The notes below the pieces were generated by a model, which saw nothing but the letters and a program-made list of their open reading frames with translations, had not been told where the DNA came from and ran no database searches. From positions 14,694,001 through 14,758,000 of the forward strand of contig NW_026262593.1 of assembly GCF_021869535.1 (NCBI RefSeq): a stretch of DNA of 64,000 bases, written 5' to 3'. Source of the DNA: Mytilus californianus. Lineage: Eukaryota. A program made the position numbers and the translations under genes. This document shows, piece after piece, positions 61,601-64,000 of this stretch. Within the stretch, counting starts at the first letter, position 1. Each line of letters opens with the position of its first letter.

Positions 61601-63617
61601 ACCTACGGTTGCTAACTGTAACGTCATTTCGAATCTGGTGGAAAGTTGTCTCATTGGCAATCACACCACACCTTCATATTTTTATATGTGTCTAGTTTTA
61701 GTTTACTTGCTATGTTGTTTGACGTTCACTTAACGTGCGTCTGGTCATTATAATATTCACTTGCTAGTAATTTGCAGGCCATATTTCGACTTGCATATGA
61801 TGTGAAAGGAAAAAGACAGTCCACTCTAGGGGAGGGACAAACTAATGGAATACCATTTAAAACTCATCAAATTGACGATTATGCGGCGGTGAGTAACAAA
61901 TACTATAGTAAAAAATATATCGTAGCTTTGTAATAAAATTTGTCATTTTGATTCTTCTGTAGTGGTCGTTTTTATTCTTATGTTTCAAAGAACACATGTG
62001 CAGTTTGAACGGTTTTCTAGAAAACGTGTGGGCTAAGGAACTAGTATTAATTTAGTTAATCTAAAATTTTGCTGGTACAGACAAACATATTAAATGTTGA
62101 TTAAATGAGCTTTTAAAAAATTTAAAAACATGGACATAAGAATCCTTAGAGGTAGCCAAATACATGTAACACATTGAAAAAAAATCGCGAAGTTATTGTT
62201 ATGAGAACATTAAAATGTGGGTTTGGCTCTAGTGCATGGCCAATCATTGTCAATCCACACCATCTTTTTATTTTTATGCCCTGACCGTTAGTCTGTATTA
62301 GTTAATGTTATAACACAATAATAACAGTTATAATATGTATGAAACGGGTGCTTTATGGTCCTTTCACACAAAGTATAGATTTCGAATAACTAAGATCCAT
62401 GTTAAGTTACGTCTATTCGGTTATCTTATTAAAGTAAGAATATTTCATAAACTAATGCCAAGTAATTTGGCGTATTAAGCGACGTAAACAACATATCATG
62501 ATATGTTTTAGTTGGATTTATGAAAATTAGTAGAAATACGGGATGATTTCATGATGAATGATATATAATCGGAAAACATTAATGTTTTAAACCATATTAT
62601 TTTGAGATATATCTTAATTTATATTTTACAACAGGGCAAGAAGTACACAGTGACAAATGGAAAGTGCGTTATTGTACCTTTAAAAACTGAGATGCTATAC
62701 TGTATTCCATGTAAGTGTTTTGAATCTTTATATATGAAACACGCTTTCACCGTGGTACCATATCACTTGTGCAATCAATGACAAACCATCCAGGGTTTAA
62801 AATGTTTGAAGAGTAAGCTACTCCGAGTCTCCATATTTATGTCCTACTTAAATTCATTTAACTTGTTGCGGCTGCACCTTATCTTCAACAAATAAATTTG
62901 AGAATGGAAATGGGGAATGTGTCAAAAAGACAACAAACGGACCAAAGCGCAGAAAACAGACCACATTACCCATGATTCTTGACAGTTGTTACATGTGTAC
63001 CCTTTGAAAATCCTTGAATGCTATGGCTTTGATATATTTCTACATCCCTATTTCAGATCTGAAACAGTAGATCTATAACTAGAATCTCAAAGGACTAAAT
63101 CTAGCCTCAGTGGAACATAGCAGAATCTAAAGCACCCACAAAAAAAATAATACATGTAGTCGCTATATTCCATACTTTATTTTGATTATTCGAAGTAGTT
63201 AGCTCCTATAGTTTGGTACACATAGATTGAAAGATGTTTATATTGCATTTGTCATAGTAAGACCTACAGGCCTACTACATAAATACATTACTACAAAGTA
63301 CACCATTTTTGTATGTGCTATTATACTTAAATCATTTTTCCACAGCTGATGCGAAACTGGTGATGTCAACCTTTATTGGATTTGATGACAAGAAAATTGA
63401 TGTGGACATGTACTCATTCTCATTTCAAGGAGCCACTGTTACTATGTCCGTCACAAAAGACACCTGTGTACCGGTATCGGAACACGTCACATATCCAAAT
63501 GTGTTGGTTGATGTTGGTTACATGGGAATGACCAGTGGTATTCAAAACACTACTGTCTTTGATATTCCAAAGCCTTGTCAAAAGGTTGGACTTATGGGAG
63601 TTCCTCATGAACAAAAT
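56233..63617 (+). CDS. EPDR: Ependymin-related protein, diverged copy C (exons 1-4; last exon not identified in the window)
   Basis: Exons 56233-56382 (MEVNMWSVLLGLLVFTTTPAETSTCCLPQMEG...), 61778-61888 (AIFRLAYDVKGKR...), 62635-62710 and 63346-63617 (TCVPVSE...FDIPKPC). Intron phases match copies A and B. Confidence 0.88.
56814..57033. mobile_element. 220-bp palindrome (TG...CA) of two divergent tRNA-derived cassettes; LTR-like, followed by PBS-like TGTCGCCCAAC
   Basis: 110-bp arms with 7 mismatches and no spacer (centre GAAGT|ACTTC). Each arm has A box TAGCTCAGTCGG, loop CTTGTAA, B box GGTTCGAGTCC and a T4 run. The acceptor stem is broken, so these are not functional tRNAs. Confidence 0.75.
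57440..58040 (-). mobile_element. Helentron/DINE-1-type non-autonomous element
   Basis: End CCCGTC-AAAATTTT-GACGGG hairpin + CGTATAAAAA, a (GACA)n-like tract and ~128-bp internal repeats. Confidence 0.7.
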
Positions 63618-64000
63618 GTAAGTATGATGACCACGAAGGTGATTTTTAACTACCTTGACTAGTCTACCCATGAGGCCAGGTCTTGCCTTGGTCGGTAAAT
63701 TTAAGAATCATTGAAATGATAGGCATACACAAAAAATAAACAAGTCGTAAACATGGGTTATTATATATCAACGATATAAGTAAGATACAATACATCACCA
63801 AATAATGAAATAATGTGTTTTAAAAAATCACATCTTAAATCATCTGGTCTCAGTTAAGAAACTGTTAAATGACAAGTAAGGGAACCTAGCTTGTAACAGA
63901 CCATCAGAATACAATTGGAAATGTTCTGATTATACAGGTATAATTCTGCGAGTATTCAATTTGCTTGGCAATACATAATCCCCTCCCGGTTAAACATTCA

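Noticed and set aside
63880-63930. Candidate EPDR-C last exon TIRIQLEMF*
   Set aside because: Poor polypyrimidine tract and no similarity to exon 5 of copies A and B; the true exon may lie beyond the window.

Overview
AT-rich, repeat-dense eukaryotic genomic DNA. The repeat families and genes look like a bivalve mollusc, most likely Mytilus (inference from remembered repeat sequences, not a search). Four host genes can be assembled from splice signals and reading-frame phase: (1) a minus-strand TNF-receptor-superfamily gene (5272-19637; signal peptide, 4 CRDs, TM, no death domain) whose cytoplasmic tail is predicted to contain five 11-aa Asn-rich repeats encoded by tandemly duplicated 33-nt microexons; (2-4) three plus-strand ependymin-related genes, two of them a recent ~89%-identical tandem pair and one diverged and probably running off the window end. 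Between them lies a 4.8-kb internally deleted Polinton/Maverick (pPolB fragment, open ZnF-packaging-ATPase ORF, broken chromo-integrase). Its left arm is an inverted copy of its right end, including part of the integrase gene. The window also holds about ten type I hammerhead-ribozyme motifs of four variants (retrozyme/Penelope-type), including a back-to-back pair in a foldback, and a 220-bp TG...CA palindrome made of two divergent tRNA-like Pol III cassettes followed by a tRNA-Lys PBS-like motif. Other elements are a MULE remnant, Penelope-like RT fragments, Helentron-type elements with internal tandem arrays, MITEs, a SINE and minisatellites. Most ORFs in the six-frame track are spurious or antisense to repeats. 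All gene models and counts were made by eye, without alignment tools or transcript data.
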